Positions 38,876-49,217 are shown, numbered from the stretch's first letter. The stretch: DNA of 64,000 bases from Gemmatimonadota bacterium (GCA_020344015.1 CP070812.1:2740126-2804125), one strand, 5' to 3'. Notes: generated from the letters alone by a model not told the origin. Program-made: numbers and translations.

Positions 38876-40258
38876 ATGATACCGAAAGTCTACATCCTCG
38901 ACGACGATCTCACCTACGCCAAGCTGCTGGCGGCCAATCTGGGCAAAGTCGGCAGGTTCCGAAACGAGGTCTTCGACAACTACCAGGCGCTGTTCGACCG
39001 GCGAGCCGAGGAACCGCCCGACGTAGTGATAACCGACCTCGTCATGCCGGGGCTCAGCGGTATCGAGGTGACGCGCCGGCTTAGGCAATCGGACCCTCAT
39101 CTGCCGATCTTCGTGCTCACCGCCCACGCCGACCTCGAGACGGCCATCGAGGCGCTGAAGGCCGGCGCCGACGAATACCTCACCAAGCCCGTCAACATGG
39201 AGGAATTAACCACCCTCCTGAGCCGGGCCCTCGAGGAAAAGCCGCTCCGTGAGGAAGCCGCCTCGATCCAAAAGGTCCGCCAGGAGGAATTCTCGCTCCG
39301 CGCCATCCTCGGCGATCACAAACTGATCGAGGAGGTCCGGGCGTTCGTGGGGCGAGTCGCCGAAATACCGCGCCCGACGGTGCTGCTGCTCGGCGAGAGC
39401 GGGACCGGGAAGAACCTGGTGGCGCGCACCATCCACTACTCGAGCGCACATTCCGCCGGCCGCTTCGTCGAGATCAACTGCTCGGCGCTACCCTCGCAAC
39501 TCCTCGAGGCCGAGCTGTTCGGATACCAGAAGGGAGCCTTCACCGACGCCCGTGAGTCGAAGCGCGGCCTGATCGAGGTCGCTGACGCGGGGACCCTCTT
39601 CCTCGACGAGATCGGTGATCTGTCGAAAGAGCTTCAGGCCAAGCTGCTCAACTTCCTCGAGTCAAGACGGTTCCGCAGGCTCGGCGGTACCGAGGAGATC
39701 GAAGTCAGCCAGCGCATCATCACCGCCACCAACCGCGACCTCGAGTCACTGGTCAAGAAAGGCGAGTTCCGCACCGACCTCTACTATCGGATCAGCGTCG
39801 CCACTCACTCACTGCCACCGCTACGCGACGTCAAGAGCGACCTGCCGCTACTCGCCGAGCATTTCCGCGACTTGTTCAACGGCGAATTCCGCAAGCAGGT
39901 CGAGCGCATCAGCCCCGCCGCCCTCGCGACCCTCGAAGCGTGGGACTGGCCAGGCAACGTGCGAGAGCTCAGAAACGTCATCGAGCGCGCCATGATCTTC
40001 GCCGACGCCTCCGAGCTCACTCCTCACGACCTGCCCGAGCTCGGCTCCCTCGAGGTCGCCGAGGGGCTGGAAGCCGACGACGGCGACTCCTTCAGAGTGC
40101 CCAGCGGCCTCACCCTGGCGGAAGCCGAAAAGGTGTACATCCAGAGCACCTTGGATGCATGTGAGAACAGCGTGCAGCGCGCGGCCGAAACCCTCGGCAT
40201 CTCTCGCAAGAACCTCTGGGAAAAACGCAAGAAATACGGCCTACTGGAGAACCAGTAG
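38876..40258 (+). CDS. Sigma54-dependent response regulator (REC-AAA+-Fis HTH; NtrC/AtoC family)
   Basis: ITDLVMP, GESGTGK, GAFTDA, LFLDEIG, ATNRDL, WPGNVREL, LGISRKNL. Confidence 0.96.
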   Translation: MIPKVYILDDDLTYAKLLAANLGKVGRFRNEVFDNYQALFDRRAEEPPDVVITDLVMPGLSGIEVTRRLRQSDPHLPIFVLTAHADLETAIEALKAGADEYLTKPVNMEELTTLLSRALEEKPLREEAASIQKVRQEEFSLRAILGDHKLIEEVRAFVGRVAEIPRPTVLLLGESGTGKNLVARTIHYSSAHSAGRFVEINCSALPSQLLEAELFGYQKGAFTDARESKRGLIEVADAGTLFLDEIGDLSKELQAKLLNFLESRRFRRLGGTEEIEVSQRIITATNRDLESLVKKGEFRTDLYYRISVATHSLPPLRDVKSDLPLLAEHFRDLFNGEFRKQVERISPAALATLEAWDWPGNVRELRNVIERAMIFADASELTPHDLPELGSLEVAEGLEADDGDSFRVPSGLTLAEAEKVYIQSTLDACENSVQRAAETLGISRKNLWEKRKKYGLLENQ

Positions 40259-40268
40259 ACGGTGGTCA

Positions 40269-40320
40269 GTAGCCGGTAGTCGGTGGGCTGCCAGCCGCCG
40301 GCCACCGGCCGCTGGCTACC
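40269..40320 (+). terminator. GC-rich imperfect hairpin after the activator gene
   Basis: gtagccggtagtcggtgg pairs imperfectly with ccaccggccgctggctac, in ~7-nt units. Confidence 0.45.
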
Positions 40321-40458
40321 TGCACCGATGTGGAACTTTTTCCCTCTAAATCGTTATAGTTTATAGTCCTACCTCCCGTCGTCCCGGCGGCTTAGCGACC
40401 ACCCCCCAAACCCAGAGCCCCAGGCAGTCTCAGGCGCTCTCACGGCGATCACCCCGCC

Positions 40459-40533
40459 GTAACACGTCCAGTTACCGTTTGGTAACAACGGGTTCCGTCC
40501 CGGATCGACTTCCCCAGCGTAACCTGCTGTTAT
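40459..40533 (+). promoter_or_regulatory. Putative upstream activator sequences (GTAAC/GTTAC half-site cluster)
   Basis: GTAAC-N7-GTTAC-N6-GTAAC at 40459-40486, plus a further GTAAC at 40519. Same architecture recurs at 49036. Confidence 0.6.
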
Positions 40534-40557
40534 CTAACGAGTTAACCAGTGCGCCCA

Positions 40558-40575
40558 CTCGGCACGACTCATGCC
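40558..40575 (+). promoter_or_regulatory. Putative sigma54 -24/-12 promoter of the giant surface protein
   Basis: CTCGGCACGACTCATGCC has GG(40561)-N10-GC(40573), matching TGGCACG-N4-TTGC, ~100 nt before ATG 40672. Confidence 0.7.
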
Positions 40576-40671
40576 GCCATGAGCCGTGGTGAGGTGTGTG
40601 CCCACGTCCAGGTTCGACGGGGTCACTCCGTGGCAAACACCCCGCGGGCCGGGGGTTTTAGAGGCGTCGGA

Positions 40672-43600
40672 ATGGAAGACAGATTTGGATCACAGGTCAG
40701 CAGCGCCGCCGTCGGGGGCGAGGGCAGAGCCCCTGGCGAACGCGTGCCGCGCCGATCCGGCTCGCTCGGCCTGAAGAGGATCACCCTCGCCCTCGCCGCG
40801 GGCGTCTCGCTGCTCACCCTGCCCGGGGCAGCACTCGGCCAGGGTTGGTACGATCCCGATTGGGGCTATCGGAAGAAGATCACGATCGACAACACGATGG
40901 TGGCCGGCGACCTCACCAACTTCCCTGTTCTTCTCGACTTCACCGACACCGATCTCAGAGACAAGGCGCGCAACGACGGTTGGGACATCCTCTTCACCGA
41001 GGACAACGGCACGACCAAGCTCGACCACGACTTCGAGGACTATGACGGCTCGACGGGCGCAATAATCGTCTGGGTGGAGGTAACGAATCTCTCCGGGAGC
41101 GTCGACACCGACATCTACATGTACTACGGGTACGCCACCGTACCATCCAACCAGGAGAACGAGACCGGGACGTGGGGGAACGGATACGAGGCTGTCTACC
41201 ATCTACACAACAACAGCTTCGCGGATGCGACGGGTAATCACACCGCGACGAACAGTGGCTCGGCCAATGCTACCGGCATAGCCGGCGACGGGCGCAACTT
41301 CCTTCGCAGCGAAGACGATTACATCGACACGGGTTGGAACCCGAGCCTGACCGGCGACTTCAGCTTCGAGGGTTGGTTCCGGGCGCTTGGCCAGAGCGGC
41401 AGTGGCGATGTCTGGGGCGTTGAGGATCGAGGCGGCGGTGACAACTCGGAGATCCGTCTGGCGATTCGCGACACCGACGCCAACAACTCTGCCGACGGCT
41501 ACAATCTAGAGATCAAGGCCGATGCAGCAGGAGACATAAGCGACGAAGGCCCACTACCCGGCGACCCCGACGACGGCAACTGGCATCACATTGCCCTGGT
41601 ACGGGAAGGTTCGACCGGGCGCCTGTACTACGATGGCAGCTACATCACTCTGAACGACAGCCTCACCACTTCAGGCACCGCCGGCTTCCCAGTCAGCCTA
41701 CTGATGGGCGCACAGTGGGACACGGATGGCGGCGGCCCCCCCGCAGTCCGCAACCGCCTGAATGGCGATCTGGACGAGACCCGTGTCTCGACGGTACTGA
41801 GAACAGGAGACTACTTCGCCACCCAGGTCGCCAACGTCAACAACAGCGCGCCCGGCGGTTTCTACGACTTCCTCAGCGGCGAGGAGTTAACCGGCCTGAT
41901 CGGGCACTGGAATTTCAACGAGGGCAGCGGCCAGGTCGCAGCCGACGCCTCGCCCAGTAACAACGACGGTACCCTCGGACCGACTGCCGGCGTGGAGAGT
42001 GGTGACCCGACCTGGACCTGCAGCGGCACCGCCCTCGAGTTCGACGGCATCGACGATGAGGTCAAGCTCTCCAACGTAACCATCGGCGACAGGGCCGCCT
42101 GGTCGATTAGTGCCTGGATCAAGATGGGTCCCGATGCGGCGGACAAACGAACCATTTACGGTGAAGGCGATACCACGCAAAGGGAGTATCTCTACCTGGA
42201 CGTAGCTGAGGCCGGCTCTTACGTCACATTCTATTCTGAGGACTCCCCCGGAAGCGTGTACACCGAGCTCAACGGCACAACGAACGTAGAAGACGATACG
42301 TGGCACCTGGTCACCGTGGTACAGCGCTCGAAGACCGACCGGGTGCTATATGTCGATGGTACTCCCGAAGATAGCAGTACCCAAAACGCCGGGACGCTCG
42401 TCTTCAACACAGCCTCCATCGGCTACCTGAGATCCGAAGGCTGGGTTGCGGATCCGTTCCTGGGAACGATCGACGACGTCCGCATCTATGACTACGCCCT
42501 GAGCACGGCCGAAATCGCCACTCTTAACGCCAACCCTCCCGGCGCTTGCGGAGCTGCTGCCGGCGACGTGGTGATGATGGTGGTCGCCAACGCCGCCACC
42601 CGCGACCTGGTCGATGACAGCCTCGCGGCCTATCTGCAGACCCAAGGGCTAACGGTCGTCTTCGCCGACGACGACGATACCCGGGCCACCTACGACTCCA
42701 TCGTCGCCGCAGATGGTGTCGACGTGATCTACGTCTCGCCGACCTCCGGCTCGGCCGCTATCGGCACCAAACTGTACGACATCGGCACCGGCCTCGTGAT
42801 GTCGAACCGGGGTAACTGGGACAACTTCGAGCTGAGTGCCAACGACAACGAGGACAGCGGCACCACCACAGAGATCGTCGACAATACACACTTCATCACC
42901 CAGCCGTTCTCAACAGGCCTGTTGACGATCAACTCGGTCTCTGATTTCAGAGGCTGGGGGTCGGGTGGGTTCGGCGCCGGCGCCCAGCTGCTCGCGCAGT
43001 ATCCAAGCGATCCCACCCGAGCGATGATCCTCGTCTACGAAGCGGGGGCGCTATTGCAGAACGGCCAACCGGCCGTGGCGCGGCGCGTCGGCATGTACGT
43101 CGAGACGGAAACCTGGAGTAACTACACCGCCGACACGAAGACGCTGATCTACCGGTCGATCCTCTGGGGCGGCGGCCTCGCCGGCGCCCCCGGCGGCGAC
43201 GCCGTGACCTCAGCGGTGGCCGAGATATCGCCCAACGATGTCACGACCAACGACACCGGCATCGAGTTCATCTACGCGATACTCGCCACTATCGGCGGCA
43301 CCGACACCGGCGTCGATCGAGTCACGATCACCGTTCCCAACAGCTTCGGGCTTCCCACAGTCGATAGCGTCCGCGTCGGCGGCACGGCCGTGACGTATAC
43401 CAACAACACGGCGGCACGGCTGACGAGCTTCGACCTCGACACCAAGCTCGCCAGCACCGACAGCATCCAGGTCTACTTCACGGCCGACGCGCCGACCGCG
43501 CCGGACGCCACCGGTCAGGACTTCACCTCGACTGTCGATGACTCGGGAACCGGCGCGGCAGCTCAGTCGACGACCGAAGGCAGCGCCGACGGCGACGCGG

Positions 43601-46600
43601 GCGACAACAACGACTGGACCGTGACGACCACGGACAGCGGTGGAAGCGGGCCCACGCCCCCCGGCGGAATCTGTCCGGCGGCAGATATCGTCAGCACCGG
43701 ATCGACCATCACCAACGAGATGAAGATCCAGCACACCACATCGGCGGGCCCCGACAGGTTGATGCTTGTTGGCGTGTCCATCAACAACGACGACTCAGCG
43801 GATACGGTGATATCAGTCACCTACAACGGCGCCGGGCTCTCGCGCATCGGAACGGTACAGAACGCCGATGATGCCCGGGTCGAGATCTGGCAGCTCGTAA
43901 ACCCGCCGGCTCTGAGTGACACCGTCACCATCACTTTCGGCAAGGACCTTCTACGGAGCGCCGTTGCCGGCGTGATCACCTTCGCCGGCGCCGACCAGAC
44001 TCCCATCGCCGACTTCTACGGCGACTTCGCCGACGGTACGACCTCCAGCGTCACCGTCACCTCCGCCGCTGGCGAGATGGTATTCGCCCTCATGTCGGGT
44101 GAAACGACGGGCGTGCCGACGCTCCAGAACAGCCCGCCGGCGATCGAGCGCTGGAACCTGCTCGAGGCGGGGGCCCCGCCTGAGGAGTACGGCGCGGCCG
44201 CCACGGACAGCGGCGCCGCACCGAACGTCACGGTTAGCTGGACACACGGCAACGACCACTGGGCGGCGGGGGGTGTTTCGATAGTGCCAGCAGCCGCGTG
44301 CCTCAACGCCGCGCCCAGCATCTCGTCGGCGGCGGACCAGACCTTCCAGGTCGGAGACCCGACTACTGCCGCCTCGACCATCATCATCGCCGAAGACACG
44401 CTCTACCAGACGATCACTGACACCACCGACCTGCGTGTCCGCATCCCCGCGGGTCTCGACATGATCTGGGACACGCTGCAGGCCACCATCGTCGTCGGCG
44501 GCAACGCCTCCTCAAAGGTCAGCACCACGGTCAGCTACGAGGACGCCGGCAAGACCGCGGTGATAGATGTAACTACGAGCTTCGCTGCGCTCGACACGAT
44601 CACCGTCGACAGCCTCAAGTTCATGGACTTCGGCTCGGTCTCGGCAGCCGACAGCCTCGAGCTCGAAGTCAAGAACGACGGCCTCGTCTCCGCAGTCGAC
44701 GACAAGACCAAGGAGATCACCGCCGCCTCCAGTCCCACGATTCTCGGCCGCTACTGCTTCAACGAAGCGGCAGCCGATTCGAGCCCGTCGCAGGTACTGG
44801 ACGACCAGGCGAACCCGCTCCACCTGGGCATCACCTACAACGGGATGTCGTGGACGGAGCTGAGCGGAAACCGCGGTCTGGGCGCGGCGACGCATTCGGG
44901 AATCGCGAGCGCCGATGCGGCCGGCTCCAAGTACCCGACGAACCTCGACGGGGCCCTGCAGGCCACGCTCGTCGCAGTTACCGAGTGGACGGGCGGGAAC
45001 GGCGATCGAGTCGCGGGCTTCGTGGAAAGTGATGGGACCCGCATCTTCTTCCTGCTGACGAATGACGCCCCGGGCATCGAGCTTCGCATGCAAACCCAGT
45101 CCCGCAATATCCGGGCGGTGTGGTTCGGTCCGTGGGACGATGGCACGCGGCGCGTTTTCCACGCCGTCTACGATGCCCCCAACGCCACGCAAACGAAGCG
45201 TATCCGTCTCTACGTGGACGGCGCCGACCAGGGAGAGCCCGACCAGTGGGTCGCCGGAACCTGGCCCGACCAGACCGAGGGTCTGGACTTTAGCCCTGCA
45301 ACCGTCAGGGTCATCTCGCTGAACGAGCCCGCCCTCAGCAACCCACTGCCCGGGCACGTCTTCTACTTCGCCGTCCATGACGCGGCGTTCACTGACTCAG
45401 ATGCGTCCTCGTCCGCCACAGCGCTGCTCGTCGACGACGATTGCGGCGCCGTCGGCACCCCGGCCGTTACGTCGGCCACGGCCGAAATCGAACCCAACGA
45501 CGTGGCGACCGGCTCCACGGCGAACGAGTTCGTCTACGCGATCCTCGCCACGATCAGCGGCTCAGCCACCGGCGTCGACAGCGTAGCGATAACGGTCCCG
45601 GCCACTTTCGGCGATCCCACGGTTGACAGCGTCAGGGTCGGCGGCACTGCGGTGACGTACACCGACAACACAGCGGGCAGACTGATCAGCATCGTCCTGG
45701 ACACCAAGGTCTCCAGCACCGACAGCATCCAGGTCTATTTCGCCGCCGACGCACCAGGCTCGGCCGACCCGACGGGCCAGGACTTCACCTCCGCGGTTGA
45801 CGACACGAGCACGTCGGAGCTTCCCCAGACCACGACCGAGGGCAACGCCGACGGCGATGCGGGCGACAACAACAGCTGGACGGTGACGACCACGGACGCC
45901 TCCGGGGCCACGCTGCTCGGCCGCTACTGGTTCAACGAGGCGCCCTCGGGACAGACGCCGACCACGGTCTACGACGACCAGCCAAGTCCGGTCAACCTGA
46001 CCACCATCGTCTACGACACGCCGGTGGAGTGGACAGTAGTCAATGATCATCGCGGCCTAAACGGCGCTTCGGACCCACACTCAGGGATCGCCTACGGGAC
46101 CGCTTCGGGCACCAAGTACACGACCAATCTCGATGGTGCGCTAGAGGCGGCTTTCGTGGCGGTGGCCGAGTGGGCGCCCGCCGCCGGCAGTCAGCGCATC
46201 GCCGGTTTTGTCAGGTCCGGCGGTGCCCGAGTTGCCGAGCTCGTACCAGCGTCAGTCGGCGGTTTGAGTATCCGAATAATGACACAGGCACAGTCCATAA
46301 CGGCGCGGTGGCCCAGTGTAGCGAGCGATTCTACACGGCGAGTGTTCCACATCGTCTACGACGCCGACCACCCTGTTGATAGCCTACGGATCCGGCTGTA
46401 CGTGAATGGATCCCTTATGCCGGCCCCCACACTGGACAGTGGAACGTGGCCTGACCCAACCGACGGGTTGGACTTCAGCGCCGCCGACATCTTGCTGACG
46501 GCGGTCAACAACACCCCCGGCGACGCGACCAACCCGCTCAACGGCACGGTGTTCTACTACGCCGTCTACGCCGGCGCGCTTACCGATTCGGAGATCTCGA

Positions 46601-48894
46601 CAAACGCCACGGCGCTGCTCGCCGACGACGACAACATCACGCCGTCCGTCGCGGTCACGCCCGACGGGCTCGGCGCGCCGATCTTGCGGCAGGCGGGCAC
46701 CGACTACAGCTACGAGTTCGTCGTAGAGAACACCTCCAGCGTCCTGGACGACTACGACCTCCTGGCGAGCACCGATCCAGCCTCATCGTTCGTCAGCGTC
46801 GACTCGATCACCTTCAACGGCCTGAGCTTCACCTCGCCGCCCGACAGCGCGCTGCTCGTCGGCCTGGCCGCCGGTGTCTTTGACACGATCACGGTCTGGT
46901 ACACCGTGGCCAGCGATACCGACGGCAATGTCGATACGCTATACCTCGCCGGCCGCTCGGTGACCGAGGCCGCTGCAATAGACAGCGGCTACGTCGAGAT
47001 CGAGTACGACGTGCCGGTCGCGGGGACCCCGCTGGTCCGCTACTGGATCGACGAGGCGCCGAGCGGACAGGGCGTGGCGAATCTGATCGACTCGGAGTCG
47101 AACCCGATCAGCATGCCACTCACGTACGTCGACTCGATCCCGTACTTCGCCGGTGACCACGGCGGCTACCGCCACCTGCGATTCAACGGCCCGGACAACA
47201 CCGATACCGGCGGCGGCCTGGTAGACGTGGGCGGCACCAAGATGGACGGGGTCCACGGCTCGACGGTCGTCACGATCGAGGCGAAGTACGCCTTCGAGCC
47301 GGGCAGCGCCTGCACCGGTCAGGACGAGCGGATATTCGGAATCTCCGAGGATCGCGGTAGCGCTTACGGGCAGCTGCAGGTCCGCGGAATATCCGGCGCG
47401 CACACCCTGTCAGTCATGTGGGCCGGCGTCGGGACCGTCTACAGATACGGTCTGACCGGTGGCTGTAACCTGACCAGCGCCTCGGTGGTTCACTGGGTCG
47501 TAGACACCAACGAGGCCACGGACTCCGACCGCGTTCGGGCCTACGTCGGCGGCGTCCGCCAGACGGTCACCGTCCAGACCGGTGCCTGGCCTTCAGCTGG
47601 GGCGACTATCGACCTCGGGGCCGTGGGAACGCGAAAGATGTACGTGGGCCGTCCCTACTCCGGGCTAGCGACGATGAAAGGCAGGATCTGGTACGTCGCG
47701 CTATACCTGGGCGAGATGTCCGACGCCCAAATCGCGTCCAACGCATCGGCCCTCGCCTCGTCGGACGATACCAACACTTATGCGGCCACGGTCACTCCCG
47801 ACGGCGCGTCCGTCATGCGACTGGCCGGCACCGACTACAGTTACGCCTTCACGCTGAACAACGGTTCGAGTGTGCTCGAGGATTTCGACCTCTTGGCCAG
47901 CACCGACCCGGCCTCGTCGTTCATCACGATCGACTCGATAACCGGCGGCGGCATAAGCGATAGCGGCGTGGCTGATAGCACGCGCATCTACGGTGTCGAC
48001 GCGAGCGCCGATAGCACGGTCACCGTCTGGTACACGGTAGCGGCCGACACCGATGGCAACATCGACACGCTCTATCTCAGGGGCCGCTCGATCTCCGACA
48101 CGGCGCAATCGGACCTCGGCTGGATACAGATCGAGTACGAGACGATGGCGTTCACGGTCGCGCCCGACGGCGCCGACACCCTACAGCTCATGCCGACCGG
48201 CACCGCCGCCTCGTCGTCGTACAAGTTCACGATCACCAACAATTCAGCGTTGAGTGAGACGTTCGATCTGCTCGCCTTCGACGGCGCCGTTTTGACCGTC
48301 GACTCGATCACCGGACCCAACGTGAGCGGTGGCTCGCCCGGCGACAGCGCCCGCACCGGCGCCATCGCGGCGAGCGCCGAGGACAGCGCCTTCGTCTGGT
48401 TCACCATATCGGTCGGCACCGCCGGCGCCCTCGATTCTCTCTACCTCATGGGCCGCTCGGTGGGTGACCCCTCGGCCACCGACTCGGGTTGGGTATTCGT
48501 CGAGCTGCTGCAGCCGGATCTGGTGACATCGAAGGTCGCCAATCCGAACGGCACGCAGCCACCGGGCACCGACCTGACGTACACGCTGACGATCACGAAC
48601 AACGGGACGGCGGATGGAGTGAACGTGGTGACCGTCGACTCGCTGGCTGCGGAGGTCTACTTCCAGGTCGGCAGTGTCGTCACGACGCTGCCCGGCGGCA
48701 TGACCGACAGCATCGAATACTACGACGGTTGCGGCAGCGACGGCTGGAGCTACACGCCGGTCTCGGGCGGCGGTGGTGCACCCGCCGGCTACGATGCCTG
48801 CGCTGTCCGAATCCGCTGGACGTTGCTGAACGACTTCAGCTACGTCGCACCGAACAACACCGCAGACCTGGAGTTCGTCGCGAGAATAAAGTGA
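40672..48894 (+). CDS. Giant secreted surface protein (~2740 aa): DUF2341, LamG/concanavalin-like repeats, Ig-like repeats, C-terminal DUF11
   Basis: Signal peptide ending PGAALG|Q; WYDPDWGYRKKITID (DUF2341-like); GHWNFNEGSG...IDDVRIYDYALS (LamG); three repeat families; TSKVANP...YTLTITNNG...DSL (DUF11). Confidence 0.9.
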   Translation: MEDRFGSQVSSAAVGGEGRAPGERVPRRSGSLGLKRITLALAAGVSLLTLPGAALGQGWYDPDWGYRKKITIDNTMVAGDLTNFPVLLDFTDTDLRDKARNDGWDILFTEDNGTTKLDHDFEDYDGSTGAIIVWVEVTNLSGSVDTDIYMYYGYATVPSNQENETGTWGNGYEAVYHLHNNSFADATGNHTATNSGSANATGIAGDGRNFLRSEDDYIDTGWNPSLTGDFSFEGWFRALGQSGSGDVWGVEDRGGGDNSEIRLAIRDTDANNSADGYNLEIKADAAGDISDEGPLPGDPDDGNWHHIALVREGSTGRLYYDGSYITLNDSLTTSGTAGFPVSLLMGAQWDTDGGGPPAVRNRLNGDLDETRVSTVLRTGDYFATQVANVNNSAPGGFYDFLSGEELTGLIGHWNFNEGSGQVAADASPSNNDGTLGPTAGVESGDPTWTCSGTALEFDGIDDEVKLSNVTIGDRAAWSISAWIKMGPDAADKRTIYGEGDTTQREYLYLDVAEAGSYVTFYSEDSPGSVYTELNGTTNVEDDTWHLVTVVQRSKTDRVLYVDGTPEDSSTQNAGTLVFNTASIGYLRSEGWVADPFLGTIDDVRIYDYALSTAEIATLNANPPGACGAAAGDVVMMVVANAATRDLVDDSLAAYLQTQGLTVVFADDDDTRATYDSIVAADGVDVIYVSPTSGSAAIGTKLYDIGTGLVMSNRGNWDNFELSANDNEDSGTTTEIVDNTHFITQPFSTGLLTINSVSDFRGWGSGGFGAGAQLLAQYPSDPTRAMILVYEAGALLQNGQPAVARRVGMYVETETWSNYTADTKTLIYRSILWGGGLAGAPGGDAVTSAVAEISPNDVTTNDTGIEFIYAILATIGGTDTGVDRVTITVPNSFGLPTVDSVRVGGTAVTYTNNTAARLTSFDLDTKLASTDSIQVYFTADAPTAPDATGQDFTSTVDDSGTGAAAQSTTEGSADGDAGDNNDWTVTTTDSGGSGPTPPGGICPAADIVSTGSTITNEMKIQHTTSAGPDRLMLVGVSINNDDSADTVISVTYNGAGLSRIGTVQNADDARVEIWQLVNPPALSDTVTITFGKDLLRSAVAGVITFAGADQTPIADFYGDFADGTTSSVTVTSAAGEMVFALMSGETTGVPTLQNSPPAIERWNLLEAGAPPEEYGAAATDSGAAPNVTVSWTHGNDHWAAGGVSIVPAAACLNAAPSISSAADQTFQVGDPTTAASTIIIAEDTLYQTITDTTDLRVRIPAGLDMIWDTLQATIVVGGNASSKVSTTVSYEDAGKTAVIDVTTSFAALDTITVDSLKFMDFGSVSAADSLELEVKNDGLVSAVDDKTKEITAASSPTILGRYCFNEAAADSSPSQVLDDQANPLHLGITYNGMSWTELSGNRGLGAATHSGIASADAAGSKYPTNLDGALQATLVAVTEWTGGNGDRVAGFVESDGTRIFFLLTNDAPGIELRMQTQSRNIRAVWFGPWDDGTRRVFHAVYDAPNATQTKRIRLYVDGADQGEPDQWVAGTWPDQTEGLDFSPATVRVISLNEPALSNPLPGHVFYFAVHDAAFTDSDASSSATALLVDDDCGAVGTPAVTSATAEIEPNDVATGSTANEFVYAILATISGSATGVDSVAITVPATFGDPTVDSVRVGGTAVTYTDNTAGRLISIVLDTKVSSTDSIQVYFAADAPGSADPTGQDFTSAVDDTSTSELPQTTTEGNADGDAGDNNSWTVTTTDASGATLLGRYWFNEAPSGQTPTTVYDDQPSPVNLTTIVYDTPVEWTVVNDHRGLNGASDPHSGIAYGTASGTKYTTNLDGALEAAFVAVAEWAPAAGSQRIAGFVRSGGARVAELVPASVGGLSIRIMTQAQSITARWPSVASDSTRRVFHIVYDADHPVDSLRIRLYVNGSLMPAPTLDSGTWPDPTDGLDFSAADILLTAVNNTPGDATNPLNGTVFYYAVYAGALTDSEISTNATALLADDDNITPSVAVTPDGLGAPILRQAGTDYSYEFVVENTSSVLDDYDLLASTDPASSFVSVDSITFNGLSFTSPPDSALLVGLAAGVFDTITVWYTVASDTDGNVDTLYLAGRSVTEAAAIDSGYVEIEYDVPVAGTPLVRYWIDEAPSGQGVANLIDSESNPISMPLTYVDSIPYFAGDHGGYRHLRFNGPDNTDTGGGLVDVGGTKMDGVHGSTVVTIEAKYAFEPGSACTGQDERIFGISEDRGSAYGQLQVRGISGAHTLSVMWAGVGTVYRYGLTGGCNLTSASVVHWVVDTNEATDSDRVRAYVGGVRQTVTVQTGAWPSAGATIDLGAVGTRKMYVGRPYSGLATMKGRIWYVALYLGEMSDAQIASNASALASSDDTNTYAATVTPDGASVMRLAGTDYSYAFTLNNGSSVLEDFDLLASTDPASSFITIDSITGGGISDSGVADSTRIYGVDASADSTVTVWYTVAADTDGNIDTLYLRGRSISDTAQSDLGWIQIEYETMAFTVAPDGADTLQLMPTGTAASSSYKFTITNNSALSETFDLLAFDGAVLTVDSITGPNVSGGSPGDSARTGAIAASAEDSAFVWFTISVGTAGALDSLYLMGRSVGDPSATDSGWVFVELLQPDLVTSKVANPNGTQPPGTDLTYTLTITNNGTADGVNVVTVDSLAAEVYFQVGSVVTTLPGGMTDSIEYYDGCGSDGWSYTPVSGGGGAPAGYDACAVRIRWTLLNDFSYVAPNNTADLEFVARIK

Positions 48895-49035
48895 TGTGCT
48901 CCGGGTCACCCCCCGGCCCGGAAGAAAACCTCCCGCCACACACCCCGCCGGAACGAGCGCCTCCCCCGCGTGAGACCGGATGAACGGAGTAGCAACCGAC
49001 GTGGTCGAAGCGGCCCGGTCAGTCCTGCGACGGAC

Positions 49036-49111
49036 GTTACCGGGGCCGTTACTCACGGGTAACCGCCGAGGGCGTCACGCCCGCGGCCGGGGACTGGCCT
49101 GTCCCTGTAAC
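49036..49111 (+). promoter_or_regulatory. Second putative UAS cluster
   Basis: GTTAC-N7-GTTAC-N6-GTAAC at 49036-49063, plus GTAAC at 49107. Confidence 0.6.
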
Positions 49112-49156
49112 CCAATACAATACATCATCTTAGCCGATTCGAATCAAACCGGGCCT

Positions 49157-49174
49157 ACAGGCATGGAGCCTGCT
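49157..49174 (+). promoter_or_regulatory. Putative sigma54 -24/-12 promoter of the DUF11/OmpA operon
   Basis: ACAGGCATGGAGCCTGCT has GG(49160)-N10-GC(49172), followed by RBS AGGAGA and ATG 49218. Confidence 0.7.
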
Positions 49175-49217
49175 TTTCATTGGTCCGGCGTCCCCCGCCC
49201 TGAACTAGGAGACTCAC

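Noticed and set aside
40672-48894. Diversity-generating retroelement or phase-variable SSR target in the giant gene
   Set aside because: No reverse transcriptase, no adenine-specific template/variable repeat pair and no long homopolymer tract was seen. The repeats are ordinary domain duplications.
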